From positions 13,873 to 77,872 of the IMG/VR virus record IMGVR_UViG_3300045772_000033: 64,000 nt of DNA; one strand, given 5' to 3'. A program made the position numbers and the translations under genes. Position 1 is the stretch's first letter. Every line of letters starts with the position of its first letter. This document shows, piece after piece, positions 45,937 to 54,876 of the stretch. Origin of the DNA: a virus. Below the pieces are notes generated by a model that worked only from the letters and a program-made list of their open reading frames with translations, made no database searches and was not told where the DNA came from.

Positions 45937-47283
45937 TTAGTCCAGAATATTGACTCCCGCTGCAATAGCCGGAGTCTCTGCGGAGCCTGTATCCGCAGCC
46001 AAAGCGCCGAACGCCGCCTTGGCGTCGATCCGTACAGGTTCCCTCTTGTCGCTGACGTGGACCAGGGTGTGACCGCTGGATTCGCGCTTGACGAATGGCT
46101 CGATTACGTCGTCACGTTCCTTGGCGTTCTTGCCGGGAGCGAGCTTCACGGCGTCGCCGATGTTGATCAACTCGGCCGGTTTGAAAAGTTCAGTGGCCTC
46201 CACCCCAAGAGCCTTCGCGACGCGCGCCGCAACGACATCGTCTTTCCACTTGCGGACAGCAGTCTTCTCGACCAGTTTGTAGTCGGGGATATTGTTGCCC
46301 TTCTCGGCCTCCTGATAGGCGAACTCACGGGTGTTCTTGATCCAACCTTCCAGAATCGGAAGGAAATCGAGAGTGCGCGCGAGGGCCAGCGGGTCGTAGT
46401 ATGGTTTGGCCGCGAGACATGTGCTGTTGGCGGGGGGCAGGACTTCACCCACCGGAGCCACGGGCACAGGCTCCCCAAAAAATACCTGCTTGGCGAGTGC
46501 CTGGGCTTTGTTCTTGAGCGCGGGGCATTTGGGAGAAGCCAGGCACCAGCGGCAGCCTTTTTCGGATGGAGTGAGGAAAGCTGCGTCCCAACCTTTCTGG
46601 CCTTGAGATGTTTGCACCTCGGCCATGTTCACTCTCTGCACCGCTTCGACGACATCGGCGTGCAGGTCCAGGAGTTCCGTGGTATCGAAGTCGATGCTGC
46701 GCACCAGGCCGTCGGGGTGGTCGTACCGCGGTTGGACGATGCCAATGTTCACGACCTTCGCCGGCAACTTCATGGTCATCAGCGCGGCCAAAGCGTAAAT
46801 ACGGAGTTGGGTGTTCCGTTCGACAGACACGGAGACGCCTTCGCCATACTTCAGATCACGCACGTAGATGGTGGCTGTGCCTGGATGCCACGCGATGAAG
46901 TCCGCGGTCCCATAAACATCTTCGTTGACCTTGACCTTCTTCTCGATGAAGACTCCGGACCCCTTGATTGCAAGGCCGACGCACTCGTCAACGTATATCT
47001 TGACGTGCTTTTTGATCTCCACTTCTTCCGGGGTAGAGGGGGTCGGCTCGCTGCCATGCTGGGCGAAATGCAAGGTGAGCCATCGCTCGGCAAAAGCATG
47101 GGCTCTGGTGCCTTCCGCAGCATACTCGGAATCGGATTGGGGCATTCCTTCGCTCAGGACGACCGAGCCGGGGCAAGTCATCCAGCGTTCTGCTCCTGAC
47201 GGAGGCAGTTTGGAGTGCTCCGAGGGGCCGGTGGCGGGTGTGGGGACGGAGTTACGGGTCGCCCCGGACCCGTAACTACCCAC
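45937..47283 (-). CDS. DUF2800 PD-(D/E)XK (Cas4-like) nuclease
   Basis: HSKLPPSGAERWMTCPGS, GTAD, DLKYGEG, QLRIYA, CRWC..CP. Confidence 0.88.
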   Translation of the reverse strand: MGSYGSGATRNSVPTPATGPSEHSKLPPSGAERWMTCPGSVVLSEGMPQSDSEYAAEGTRAHAFAERWLTLHFAQHGSEPTPSTPEEVEIKKHVKIYVDECVGLAIKGSGVFIEKKVKVNEDVYGTADFIAWHPGTATIYVRDLKYGEGVSVSVERNTQLRIYALAALMTMKLPAKVVNIGIVQPRYDHPDGLVRSIDFDTTELLDLHADVVEAVQRVNMAEVQTSQGQKGWDAAFLTPSEKGCRWCLASPKCPALKNKAQALAKQVFFGEPVPVAPVGEVLPPANSTCLAAKPYYDPLALARTLDFLPILEGWIKNTREFAYQEAEKGNNIPDYKLVEKTAVRKWKDDVVAARVAKALGVEATELFKPAELINIGDAVKLAPGKNAKERDDVIEPFVKRESSGHTLVHVSDKREPVRIDAKAAFGALAADTGSAETPAIAAGVNILD

Positions 47284-47899
47284 GGAGCGCCTCGGCGAGC
47301 TGGTTCAGCTTTTCCGGTTCCAGGGAGAGGGCTTCGGTGACACGGTTGCAGCCGAACGCCTTGAGTTGGCTGATCGCATCTTCCATCGAGTGCTTGGCGA
47401 TGTAGCCGTTGAGCAAGGAGCGGAGGGTGCCTGCATCGACGGGCTTAGCAGGAGCAGTGGATGGCTGCGCAGTTGCAGACTGTGTGGTGCCGCTGGCCGC
47501 CGCATTGGGTACAGCGGAGGCGTTCGTAGGGTCCGCTGGCGTGGCCTGGGTGCTGGGCGTGGGGGCTGTCTGAGTGGTAAGTCCTTGAGCAGCCTTCGCC
47601 ACGGCAGCTTCGTCGGCGGCAATCTCAGCCTTGGTGCGGCGAGTGCGCCTGGCGGATTCGGGTGCGAGATGGATGATGGAGACGGGAGCAGGAGCAGAAT
47701 TTGGCGCCGCCGGCTCTGCCTGGACAGAAACGCCGAAGATAGCTTGCTCCTCGTTCGCGGGTAAGATGGCTAGGGGTTGGGGAACTGGGCCTTTGGGCGC
47801 CGGGCCGGCTGTGGCTGTGGGAAACAGAGAGGACAGAAGTGAAATAAGCCCTTGTGCCTCCGCCTGACCGATTTGTGAAGTTTCAAATTGAATGTTCAT
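47276..47899 (-). CDS. Pro/Ala-rich protein with small C-terminal domain
   Basis: Usual position upstream of DUF2800 and SSB genes. Confidence 0.65.
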   Translation of the reverse strand: MNIQFETSQIGQAEAQGLISLLSSLFPTATAGPAPKGPVPQPLAILPANEEQAIFGVSVQAEPAAPNSAPAPVSIIHLAPESARRTRRTKAEIAADEAAVAKAAQGLTTQTAPTPSTQATPADPTNASAVPNAAASGTTQSATAQPSTAPAKPVDAGTLRSLLNGYIAKHSMEDAISQLKAFGCNRVTEALSLEPEKLNQLAEALRG

Positions 47900-47944
47900 G
47901 TTTGATGTGCCTTTCAGATTTGCGTAGCTTGTGACTTCCAGATA

Positions 47945-47973
47945 ACTGTAGATAACCATAGCGGGTTTGTCAA
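47945..47973 (-). promoter_or_regulatory. Sigma70-type promoter for the replication operon
   Basis: TTGACA-17-TACAGT. Confidence 0.6.
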
Positions 47974-47999
47974 GAACTATTTTTGAGGTGTGCTGGCCA

Positions 48000-49382
48000 T
48001 CACAAAATCTTGGCTAACTCCTTCATTTTACGTGCTAAAACCTCAGAAATTCTTTCGTCCGATGAATTGAACAACGAAAAGACTCTGACGCGAACAGGGA
48101 ATTTCTGGTTAACACCTTGAAGACGTTTAACAGCCTGAGCGTTGTCCCCAGGGACGAAAGAGCATTCGAGAAGAACGCATTCAATACAGGGCGTAAGATC
48201 GATACCCACTCCGGCCGCTATCAAATTTCCAATAAAAACTCGGACTTTCGGATTGGTGCGAAATTTGTCGATATTCTCTTGGCGCTTCTTGGCGGGCGTT
48301 TCCCCGTAGAGTGTCACCACGCCGAACTTTTTGAGTCGCTCGGTCATCCATTCCACACCCACCTTGAACACACAGAAAATTACGATCTTGTCAATCTCCC
48401 CGCTTTCCAGATCGGCCTCAAGTTGATCGCCGATTGATGGCAGCTTCATCATCAAAGTGAATCGCCTTAAAGTCGTCACGCTGCTCGCGGTGCGTTCGAT
48501 CATGCTGACCTGTTCATCAGGCGCAAGAGCGGCCAGAGCCGCTTGAAGGTCTTTGTCCTGCTGGGCAATCTGAGGCATTAACGGGATGAACTCCGGGTCC
48601 AAGGCGGCGTCCGACCGCGGCACGGTGACAGTCTCAAAAATGACAGGGGGCAGGTCAGGCATAACCTCCGCGAGAGTGCGCCTGCGCATGAACCCGGAGA
48701 GGCGCGCTTTCAATTCATCAAGGTTTTTTGATCCGGTAATCTGAAAACCCCAATTCGTGTCAAACCCAGAACAGAAATGAAACGTAAAGTCCCAGTAACT
48801 CTCCGGCGACAGGCCGGCAGAATGGAGGTGGGTCCAGAGTTCTGACACATTATTTGGGCACGGGCTGCCACTGAGACGCCATACACGCTTCGCGCTCGCG
48901 ATGATGCCAAGGGATCGCTTGCCGTAACCATACAATGCCTTCGTGCGCGCGGCGGTCCTTTCTTTTGCCAGGTGAGCCTCATCCGCCACGACCAGATCCC
49001 ATTGGACAGACCTGAGAAGTTCTTTGTGAGTCACAAGCGTGTCGTAACTAATAATAACCACATCAGACGTTCGCGGGGTGTCTCCGGGCATAACTGCCTG
49101 AGTTGGGCGGTCGAGCGGGGAGAATCGCTGGAGTTCTCTTGCCCAGTTGACTCGTACCGAAGCCGGAACAACTATTAGGCAGTTCTTCAAGCCGAGTGTG
49201 TCGATTGCCCTGATGACGGCCGGGGTTTTTCCAACTCGCATCTCATTGGCCAAGAACGCGGAAGTCTTGGAAGCGAGCCATTTTGCGTCTTCGATTTGAA
49301 AAGGAAACGGCGTCAGGAGTTCGGGGTGGAAATCCGCGGCGGGGATCGCGGGTGTGCTAACATTCTGTTCTGGGGTTGCCAT
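48000..49382 (-). CDS. SNF2-family helicase
   Basis: LANEMRVGKT, VADEAH, LSGSP, MRRR, AGVGIDLT, QAVKR. Confidence 0.9.
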   Translation of the reverse strand: MATPEQNVSTPAIPAADFHPELLTPFPFQIEDAKWLASKTSAFLANEMRVGKTPAVIRAIDTLGLKNCLIVVPASVRVNWARELQRFSPLDRPTQAVMPGDTPRTSDVVIISYDTLVTHKELLRSVQWDLVVADEAHLAKERTAARTKALYGYGKRSLGIIASAKRVWRLSGSPCPNNVSELWTHLHSAGLSPESYWDFTFHFCSGFDTNWGFQITGSKNLDELKARLSGFMRRRTLAEVMPDLPPVIFETVTVPRSDAALDPEFIPLMPQIAQQDKDLQAALAALAPDEQVSMIERTASSVTTLRRFTLMMKLPSIGDQLEADLESGEIDKIVIFCVFKVGVEWMTERLKKFGVVTLYGETPAKKRQENIDKFRTNPKVRVFIGNLIAAGVGIDLTPCIECVLLECSFVPGDNAQAVKRLQGVNQKFPVRVRVFSLFNSSDERISEVLARKMKELAKIL

Positions 49383-49443
49383 CGAACGGCCCTCCATTGG
49401 CCTAGAGATGCGTGGCGCTGCCCGCGCCCGCAACCCCATAATA

Positions 49444-49986
49444 TCAGATCCAGCCCTGCTTCGTGCAGAAAAATCTTGCCAGCAGCGCACTTTCTGCCCG
49501 GCCGTCGTCTTTCGCGCGGGCGAACAAGGCGGCACTCTCAGGCCACAGGCGGCTTGCCAGCTCGCGCGCTCTCGTCTTGGTTTGTGCCTGGGCCTCGTTC
49601 GTGAGGCGGTGCAATCCGGTCGCGCCCTTCCAGACGTTTGGACTCACGAGGGTAAATGGAATTTGTAACGCGCCCAGCACTCCGTGGATGACGCCGGCGG
49701 AGACGCCGAAGTTGAAGGCGCCAGCTTGGCGCGGCATTGAGGAAACTAGTTCGACCGCGGCGTGGGTCGTTCCCTGGAGTTGGCACATCCCGACGATTAA
49801 AGCGAGGCGGGCGGGGTCCACGCGACCTTGGATGACGGGCATATCGTGCAGGGATTCGATGGCTCTGGTAGACACGTTCAACAGCGCCAGCGCGCCGCCG
49901 AGACCTGGATCGATGCCCAGGATATGCGCCGGCGCCGGCGCCTGAACCGGCGCGTGTGTGGCGGACTTGGGTTTAGGAGTTCTCAA
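49444..49986 (-). CDS. RuvC-like Holliday junction resolvase
   Basis: ILGIDPGLGGALA, AVE, FNFG, PNVWK, DGRAESALLA; start uncertain. Confidence 0.85.
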   Translation of the reverse strand: MRTPKPKSATHAPVQAPAPAHILGIDPGLGGALALLNVSTRAIESLHDMPVIQGRVDPARLALIVGMCQLQGTTHAAVELVSSMPRQAGAFNFGVSAGVIHGVLGALQIPFTLVSPNVWKGATGLHRLTNEAQAQTKTRARELASRLWPESAALFARAKDDGRAESALLARFFCTKQGWI

Positions 49987-50239
49987 CTCTTCGCCTTCCC
50001 AAGAACCTTGACGCGGAGCCAGGGGTCTTCGTCTGTGATTTGAACAATCCAGCCGGCCTTTGCTGCCTCGGCGTGGATTGTTGCCGGGGGGAACTTGGCC
50101 TTGGGTGTGCGGAAGACAGAGCCGGGGGCCGACAGCTTGAAATTGGCCTTGAAAAATTCGGTGGGGCGCTGGGAGCCTTTTGTCGGATGCGTGTTGTCGT
50201 CGTCCCAGTCTCGCTTGTGCGTCATAAGGTGACGCCTCC

Positions 50240-50620
50240 TTAGCTGAAAATGTCTGGTGTCCTGCTCGACCGGAGCTTTGATTTCTTCGGCTGCTTTTTT
50301 GAGGGAACACACAGTCGAGTCTTGAAGCGCAGGACGCGATTGGGCGTGACCTTGGACATCACACGCTCCCTCTGCGGGCCCAAAGACGTTACCCGGATCG
50401 TGTCGAGCGACGGATGCTCCACTATCTTGATCCTGACCCTCGCGTTGTCCGCCGCCCTCTGTATCCTGGCTCGATCCACTCTCAGAGTCATGCGGATCAG
50501 GAGGTCTTGCCCTTTAACCATCCCGGCAAAGGTCTTCAACAAATTCGCCCGATTGTTTTTGAAGCGCACGATAAGGGCATACGGTCGCGAGAACGGGATT
50601 ATAACCAAAGGGCGCTTCAT
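50240..50620 (-). CDS. Hypothetical basic protein
   Basis: Coupled overlap with the upstream gene. Confidence 0.55.
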   Translation of the reverse strand: MKRPLVIIPFSRPYALIVRFKNNRANLLKTFAGMVKGQDLLIRMTLRVDRARIQRAADNARVRIKIVEHPSLDTIRVTSLGPQRERVMSKVTPNRVLRFKTRLCVPSKKQPKKSKLRSSRTPDIFS

Positions 50621-50907
50621 TTGGATGTCTCGGCTTTGCGAGGCTGGTCAAAGATGTCGAGGCCATCATCAAAGATGCCGGCGGGCCGCGGCGGGCCGTC
50701 CAGCCGCCACACAGTCGTTGTGCCGGCGCCCGAATCCCGGACGGTGATCCTGGCGCCGGCGTGCCTGGCGGCCGAGTACGCGCTCGCCTTCTTGTCGCTC
50801 GGCATCTCAAAACTGTCGTTTTTGTACATGTCTCGCAGTCGTTTTGTGAGTCCGTTGCGACTGGGATACGGGCTGGGCAGTGGTCTGTCATGCGAAATAT
50901 CGTACAT
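50617..50907 (-). CDS. Small DNA-binding-like protein
   Basis: LRDMYKNDSF..AYSAA..ITVR..VWRL. Confidence 0.55.
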   Translation of the reverse strand: MYDISHDRPLPSPYPSRNGLTKRLRDMYKNDSFEMPSDKKASAYSAARHAGARITVRDSGAGTTTVWRLDGPPRPAGIFDDGLDIFDQPRKAETSK

Positions 50908-50981
50908 TTGTCACCTCAACTACTGGAGTGTAACTGCAAAGCGAGTGGAAAGTCAAGGGCCTGCGATAGCAAGACCCTCAC

Positions 50982-51047
50982 ATAAAGATGGTACAACTAT
51001 CGTATAAAGATGGTACAACTATCGTATAAAGATGGTACAACTATCGT
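50982..51047. repeat. Three perfect 22-bp tandem repeats (iteron-like)
   Basis: ATAAAGATGGTACAACTATCGT x3. Confidence 0.9.
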
Positions 51048-51680
51048 AGGAGACAAGATTATGTGTCTTTTACAAGTAGTTTACGAGTCGTTTACAAGTA
51101 GTTTACGTGTTGTCGGCGAGTGTCCGCATACTCGTTTTGATAACGCCAGACGATAGTTGGGCGATTGTTAGGTTGTATTAAAAATAGCCCGCGAACATAA
51201 AAACCGAGTGCAAACGCAAAAATCGTGCTGAGTGCGCCTAGAAATTCCGAGTCCTTCTAGGGCGTTCTAAGGGGCGAAATTCTATGCTAAACCTTTTATT
51301 ATCTATGACTTGGCTAGGTATTTCTGATCGAGATGCGATATTCCCGGTCCGTGGGGAGAATTTTGCATTACAGTGGGGAAGTGAGGCACCACCGGAGATG
51401 CCGAAAAGCTATTATTATATTTTATATTGATTGATCTTTCTTCTAGAATAAGTAAAGAGAGTAGTAAAGTGCTGATTCTAAAAGGCCGTTTTGTTCTGAG
51501 TAAAAAAGTTGTACTTGGAATCACTTGGAATTAATCGCCCCACTCAGCCGGTGGCCATCCTTTGCAGCGGGTCCGGGTTCCGCTGCGAATGTCGTTGCGC
51601 TACGGGCATTCGCTTGTGTCCATCGGGTGCGCTGCCTCGCGTAGGATGCCGTTGGTGCTGACGCCGACGACGATGAAGCC

Positions 51681-51737
51681 GAGCAGAATTACGATGACAA
51701 GGACCAATGGCTGACCCTTGTCATCGTAATTCTGCTC
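51681..51737. repeat. Perfect 22-bp inverted repeat with 13-nt loop
   Basis: GAGCAGAATTACGATGACAAGG / CCTTGTCATCGTAATTCTGCTC. Confidence 0.9.
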
Positions 51738-51909
51738 CTGTGGGTTTGATGGTTTGAGGGTTTGAGGGTTTTACCAAATAGGCAAAGGGGTCGTTAGCCG
51801 ATCACTATCGCCAGCACGCCCAGGAGCAGGGCGAGTATAAGCTCCAAGATGATGCGGACGAGGGATGGGTGGTGTGTGGCCGGGTCGTCGTAGGGGATCT
51901 GGTGGTGGG

Positions 51910-52239
51910 TCATTGTGCTGGCCTCCCGATGCGAAAGTTGTAGGGTAGGTTCCGCTCGATCTCGCTGCCGTGGGGAAACTCTGCGCTCAGCCAGTGGCGC
52001 ATGAAGGCATAGAGCCAATCCCGGCCAGATTGGCCGTGGTCGGCTTGAGAACGGAGACGCCGCCGGAAGGCTGGATTTTTGGCGTAGCAGTGTTCCGCCC
52101 GGTTGGCCAGATTGCCGGCCAGATCGCCGCTGGCCTTCAGTTCGATTCCCTTCCCGTGTAAGTAGAGGGCCAACTCGTGAATTACCGCGTCGGCCACCAC
52201 TGCCGGGAGGAGGACTGTTTCTTCTTCGATTGTTTTCAT
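51910..52239 (-). CDS. Hypothetical protein
   Basis: ATGA-coupled to the recombinase gene. Confidence 0.7.
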   Translation of the reverse strand: MKTIEEETVLLPAVVADAVIHELALYLHGKGIELKASGDLAGNLANRAEHCYAKNPAFRRRLRSQADHGQSGRDWLYAFMRHWLSAEFPHGSEIERNLPYNFRIGRPAQ

Positions 52240-52877
52240 GCCGCGGCCTGCCTTTCTTGTTTGGTCTTCAGCCAGGAATAGATGGTCTGTCGGGACACTT
52301 TGGTTTGGCGGGCCATCTCAGCCACTGGGGTGCTGAGGATGTAGAGGCGCTCCAGCTCGGCCAGTTTGCCATTGTTGGAGCGTATCGCCGGCGCACGTCC
52401 TGTATATTTGCTGGCGAAAGCGTGCGCTTGATGGTCGTGTTCTGCGCGGGATTTTCCACAGGTTACGCAGCGTTTTGCGATGGCGACGCCCTCTTTCATG
52501 CGCTCAAGCAGGAGGCTGCGCTCCATCTCCGCGAAGCCAGCAAGCAGTAAGAAAAGTAGTTTGTTGATCGGTGAGTCATTATCGCCGGAGAAAGATAGCG
52601 CCGGGTGTAGGAAGGTTACAGTGACTCCCTCGGCTGTCAGTTCTTCTACGATGTCCATGAGATCCCGAACGTTGCGTCCAAGTCTGTCGAGCGAGTGGAC
52701 GACCAGGGTGTCGCCTTCGCGTAGGAATTCCATGCAGGCTTGCAGTTGCGGGCGATTTCTGTCCTTTCCGCTCAACTTATCTTCAAAAATTTTATCAAGC
52801 GGCACATCTTCAAGTTGTCTTGCTGTGTTTTGATCCGCCGTTGAAGTTCGGCGGTAGCCTATGCGTTTTCCTGTCAT
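52236..52877 (-). CDS. Small serine recombinase (resolvase/invertase family)
   Basis: GYRRTSTADQ catalytic Ser, DKLSGKDRNRPQL, VHSLDRLGR, AEMER..ER, C-terminal HTH VSRQTIY. Confidence 0.95.
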   Translation of the reverse strand: MTGKRIGYRRTSTADQNTARQLEDVPLDKIFEDKLSGKDRNRPQLQACMEFLREGDTLVVHSLDRLGRNVRDLMDIVEELTAEGVTVTFLHPALSFSGDNDSPINKLLFLLLAGFAEMERSLLLERMKEGVAIAKRCVTCGKSRAEHDHQAHAFASKYTGRAPAIRSNNGKLAELERLYILSTPVAEMARQTKVSRQTIYSWLKTKQERQAAA

Positions 52878-53008
52878 GTTTTCCTTTCCTTTCCCGGTGT
52901 TTATTCAAAGCGGGCGAAGTCTCCGAAGAAGAAAGTCGCCGCCCGGCAATATGCTGCGTGGAGGCTCTGGAGATGGTGATATCTTGCCGGATACGCTCCG
53001 GCGGGCGG

Positions 53009-53206
53009 TTAGTACCACTTCGGCAAAGGTCTAACGATGATCCCCTGACGTTCGCAGAGATCAATAAAACTTCTTTCGTCGCTATGGTCTTTGCCGTATT
53101 TTCGACTCCGCTCTAACCTCTTCCTCGTGGCGAGTGCGTGTCCATCTGGCGTGTTGTGAAGCCGATACGCTGTCTTGTCTTTCTTACTCTGCTCTTGGGG
53201 TGTCAT
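53009..53206 (-). CDS. 65-aa hypothetical protein (copy 2)
   Basis: Identical to 53986..54183. Confidence 0.7.
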   Translation of the reverse strand: MTPQEQSKKDKTAYRLHNTPDGHALATRKRLERSRKYGKDHSDERSFIDLCERQGIIVRPLPKWY

Positions 53207-53247
53207 TTCGCGCCTCCATGCGCTGTGCCGGATCGTCCGGCGGGCGG

Positions 53248-53433
53248 TTAGGCCATTGAATCGTAAAGCTGAGCAGCGCGAGCCTTCAAAATCTGTATGG
53301 CTTCAAAATTCGCATGATGCTCTGAGGGCAAATGAGTGCGCAAACTCACATAATCAGACGCCATCAAATACTGCACGGCGTGTACGAGCTTAGTGACCAT
53401 CTCGCGGGCGATTCTCTTTTCTCTGATTGTCAT
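53248..53433 (-). CDS. Small hypothetical protein (MTIREKRIA)
   Basis: GGGAGG RBS. Confidence 0.65.
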   Translation of the reverse strand: MTIREKRIAREMVTKLVHAVQYLMASDYVSLRTHLPSEHHANFEAIQILKARAAQLYDSMA

Positions 53434-53538
53434 TGTTCCTCCCTTGCATGATTTGAGCCGGATACGCTCCGGCGGGCGGTTAGTACCACTTCGGCAAAGG
53501 TCTAACGATGATCCCCTCACGTTACTTATCGTAGTGTG

Positions 53539-53742
53539 TCAAATGTGCGATATTGCACCTGTTACAGCCGATCCGGGAGTGGATGGTTTTAGTTCCCATC
53601 CGTAAAAATTGTCGAAGCGTCTTTCCGGCGCTGTCTCACATCTAGAGACTCCCAGATTTGCTTTCTCCTCGGTATCAACAGAGTGCAAGATGCGTTTCCG
53701 GCCTTGTGCGTCTATCCGATAGATCAAATAAGTGTCTGCCAT
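53539..53742 (-). CDS. Small hypothetical protein
   Basis: GGGAGG RBS. Confidence 0.65.
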   Translation of the reverse strand: MADTYLIYRIDAQGRKRILHSVDTEEKANLGVSRCETAPERRFDNFYGWELKPSTPGSAVTGAISHI

Positions 53743-53767
53743 TGTTTCCTCCCTTGCATGAGTGTGT

Positions 53768-53941
53768 TTAGGCTGCGACGCGGCGAATCGTGGCCAGTTG
53801 ATCGTGATCGAAATTACCGCTCAACTGGTAGCAGCGGATACTCCACGCCGCTTTAGCGTTCACAGCCTCACGCCGATGGTCGTAAAGGCTCTCGGATGTG
53901 TGCTTTCCGTCGGTGATGGTCAACTTCCAGAGATACTTCAT
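53768..53941 (-). CDS. Small hypothetical protein (MKYLWKL)
   Basis: GGAGG RBS within the repeat element. Confidence 0.65.
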   Translation of the reverse strand: MKYLWKLTITDGKHTSESLYDHRREAVNAKAAWSIRCYQLSGNFDHDQLATIRRVAA

Positions 53942-53985
53942 TTTCCCGCGCCTCCATGCGCTGTGCCGGATCGTCCGGCGGGCGG

Positions 53986-54183
53986 TTAGTACCACTTCGG
54001 CAAAGGTCTAACGATGATCCCCTGACGTTCGCAGAGATCAATAAAACTTCTTTCGTCGCTATGGTCTTTGCCGTATTTTCGACTCCGCTCTAACCTCTTC
54101 CTCGTGGCGAGTGCGTGTCCATCTGGCGTGTTGTGAAGCCGATACGCTGTCTTGTCTTTCTTACTCTGCTCTTGGGGTGTCAT
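53986..54183 (-). CDS. 65-aa hypothetical protein (copy 1)
   Basis: Identical to 53009..53206. Confidence 0.7.
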   Translation of the reverse strand: MTPQEQSKKDKTAYRLHNTPDGHALATRKRLERSRKYGKDHSDERSFIDLCERQGIIVRPLPKWY

Positions 54184-54243
54184 TTCGCGCCTCCATGCGC
54201 TGTGACTCTGTTGTAGCTTCCTTCGGTTGCGGCTTGCGCCGGT

Positions 54244-54774
54244 TCACTCGCCGAAGTAAAGCTGCTGCACCCACTCAAGCATGATGTCGTCCTGGTCGCT
54301 GGTGGTCTGCGCGTCGGTCCACGGCTTAAACAAATCCTGAAACTGGAATATCGCCGTGTAGGGTTCGCCGTCTTGGAGTTCGCCCACGATCTGAGAAGCG
54401 GGGCCGCCGCCGCCCAGCGTTACCTTGTACTCGCCGTCACGGTCTGCGCCGTTCTCGCCGGGGTTGTGCCACTCAGAGCGAATCTGTATGCCGTAATGAC
54501 CTTCCTCGATTGCTTCCCGCGCCCGGTCTTCATCGTGCCACGCTTCCGGGTTTTCGTGGATGCACTGCTGGCCGGTCTTGCCGTCGCTGGTTTTGTATTT
54601 CTTGGTTTCGCTGCCCCGCTTGCAGGGCTTCCCGTTCGCCAGCTTGCCGTCGCACTCGCGGGCATGGTGGAGCGCGTCCAGGTCGTCTTTCATGGACTCG
54701 ATGCACCGGGCCGCATACTCGTTTGTGCGCGTCTGGAAGTCTTTCTCTTCATGCACTGCCGCCGCTGTAGTCAT
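54244..54774 (-). CDS. Hypothetical early protein
   Basis: AGGAG RBS; YKVTLGGGGPASQIVGEL..FQD..PW motif. Confidence 0.7.
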   Translation of the reverse strand: MTTAAAVHEEKDFQTRTNEYAARCIESMKDDLDALHHARECDGKLANGKPCKRGSETKKYKTSDGKTGQQCIHENPEAWHDEDRAREAIEEGHYGIQIRSEWHNPGENGADRDGEYKVTLGGGGPASQIVGELQDGEPYTAIFQFQDLFKPWTDAQTTSDQDDIMLEWVQQLYFGE

Positions 54775-54876
54775 TGTTTCAATCTCCTGCCGCTGGCGCG
54801 GCCCGGTTACGATCCGGCAACGGTTAGAAGCTACCACCCAAAAGCATTGTCCGGCTGCATTACGGGCAAGGCCCGG

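Larger units (their letters stand above)
52986..54204 (-). repeat. Dispersed intergenic repeat family and 231-bp exact duplication
   Basis: TAACCGCCCGCCGGA(CGA/GCGTA)TCCGGC x4; 52997-53227 equals 53974-54204. Confidence 0.9.

Noticed and set aside
52986-54204. Integron attC sites
   Set aside because: Genes end in YTAAC as cassettes do, but there is no matching GTTRRRY end, no long attC dyad and no tyrosine integrase.
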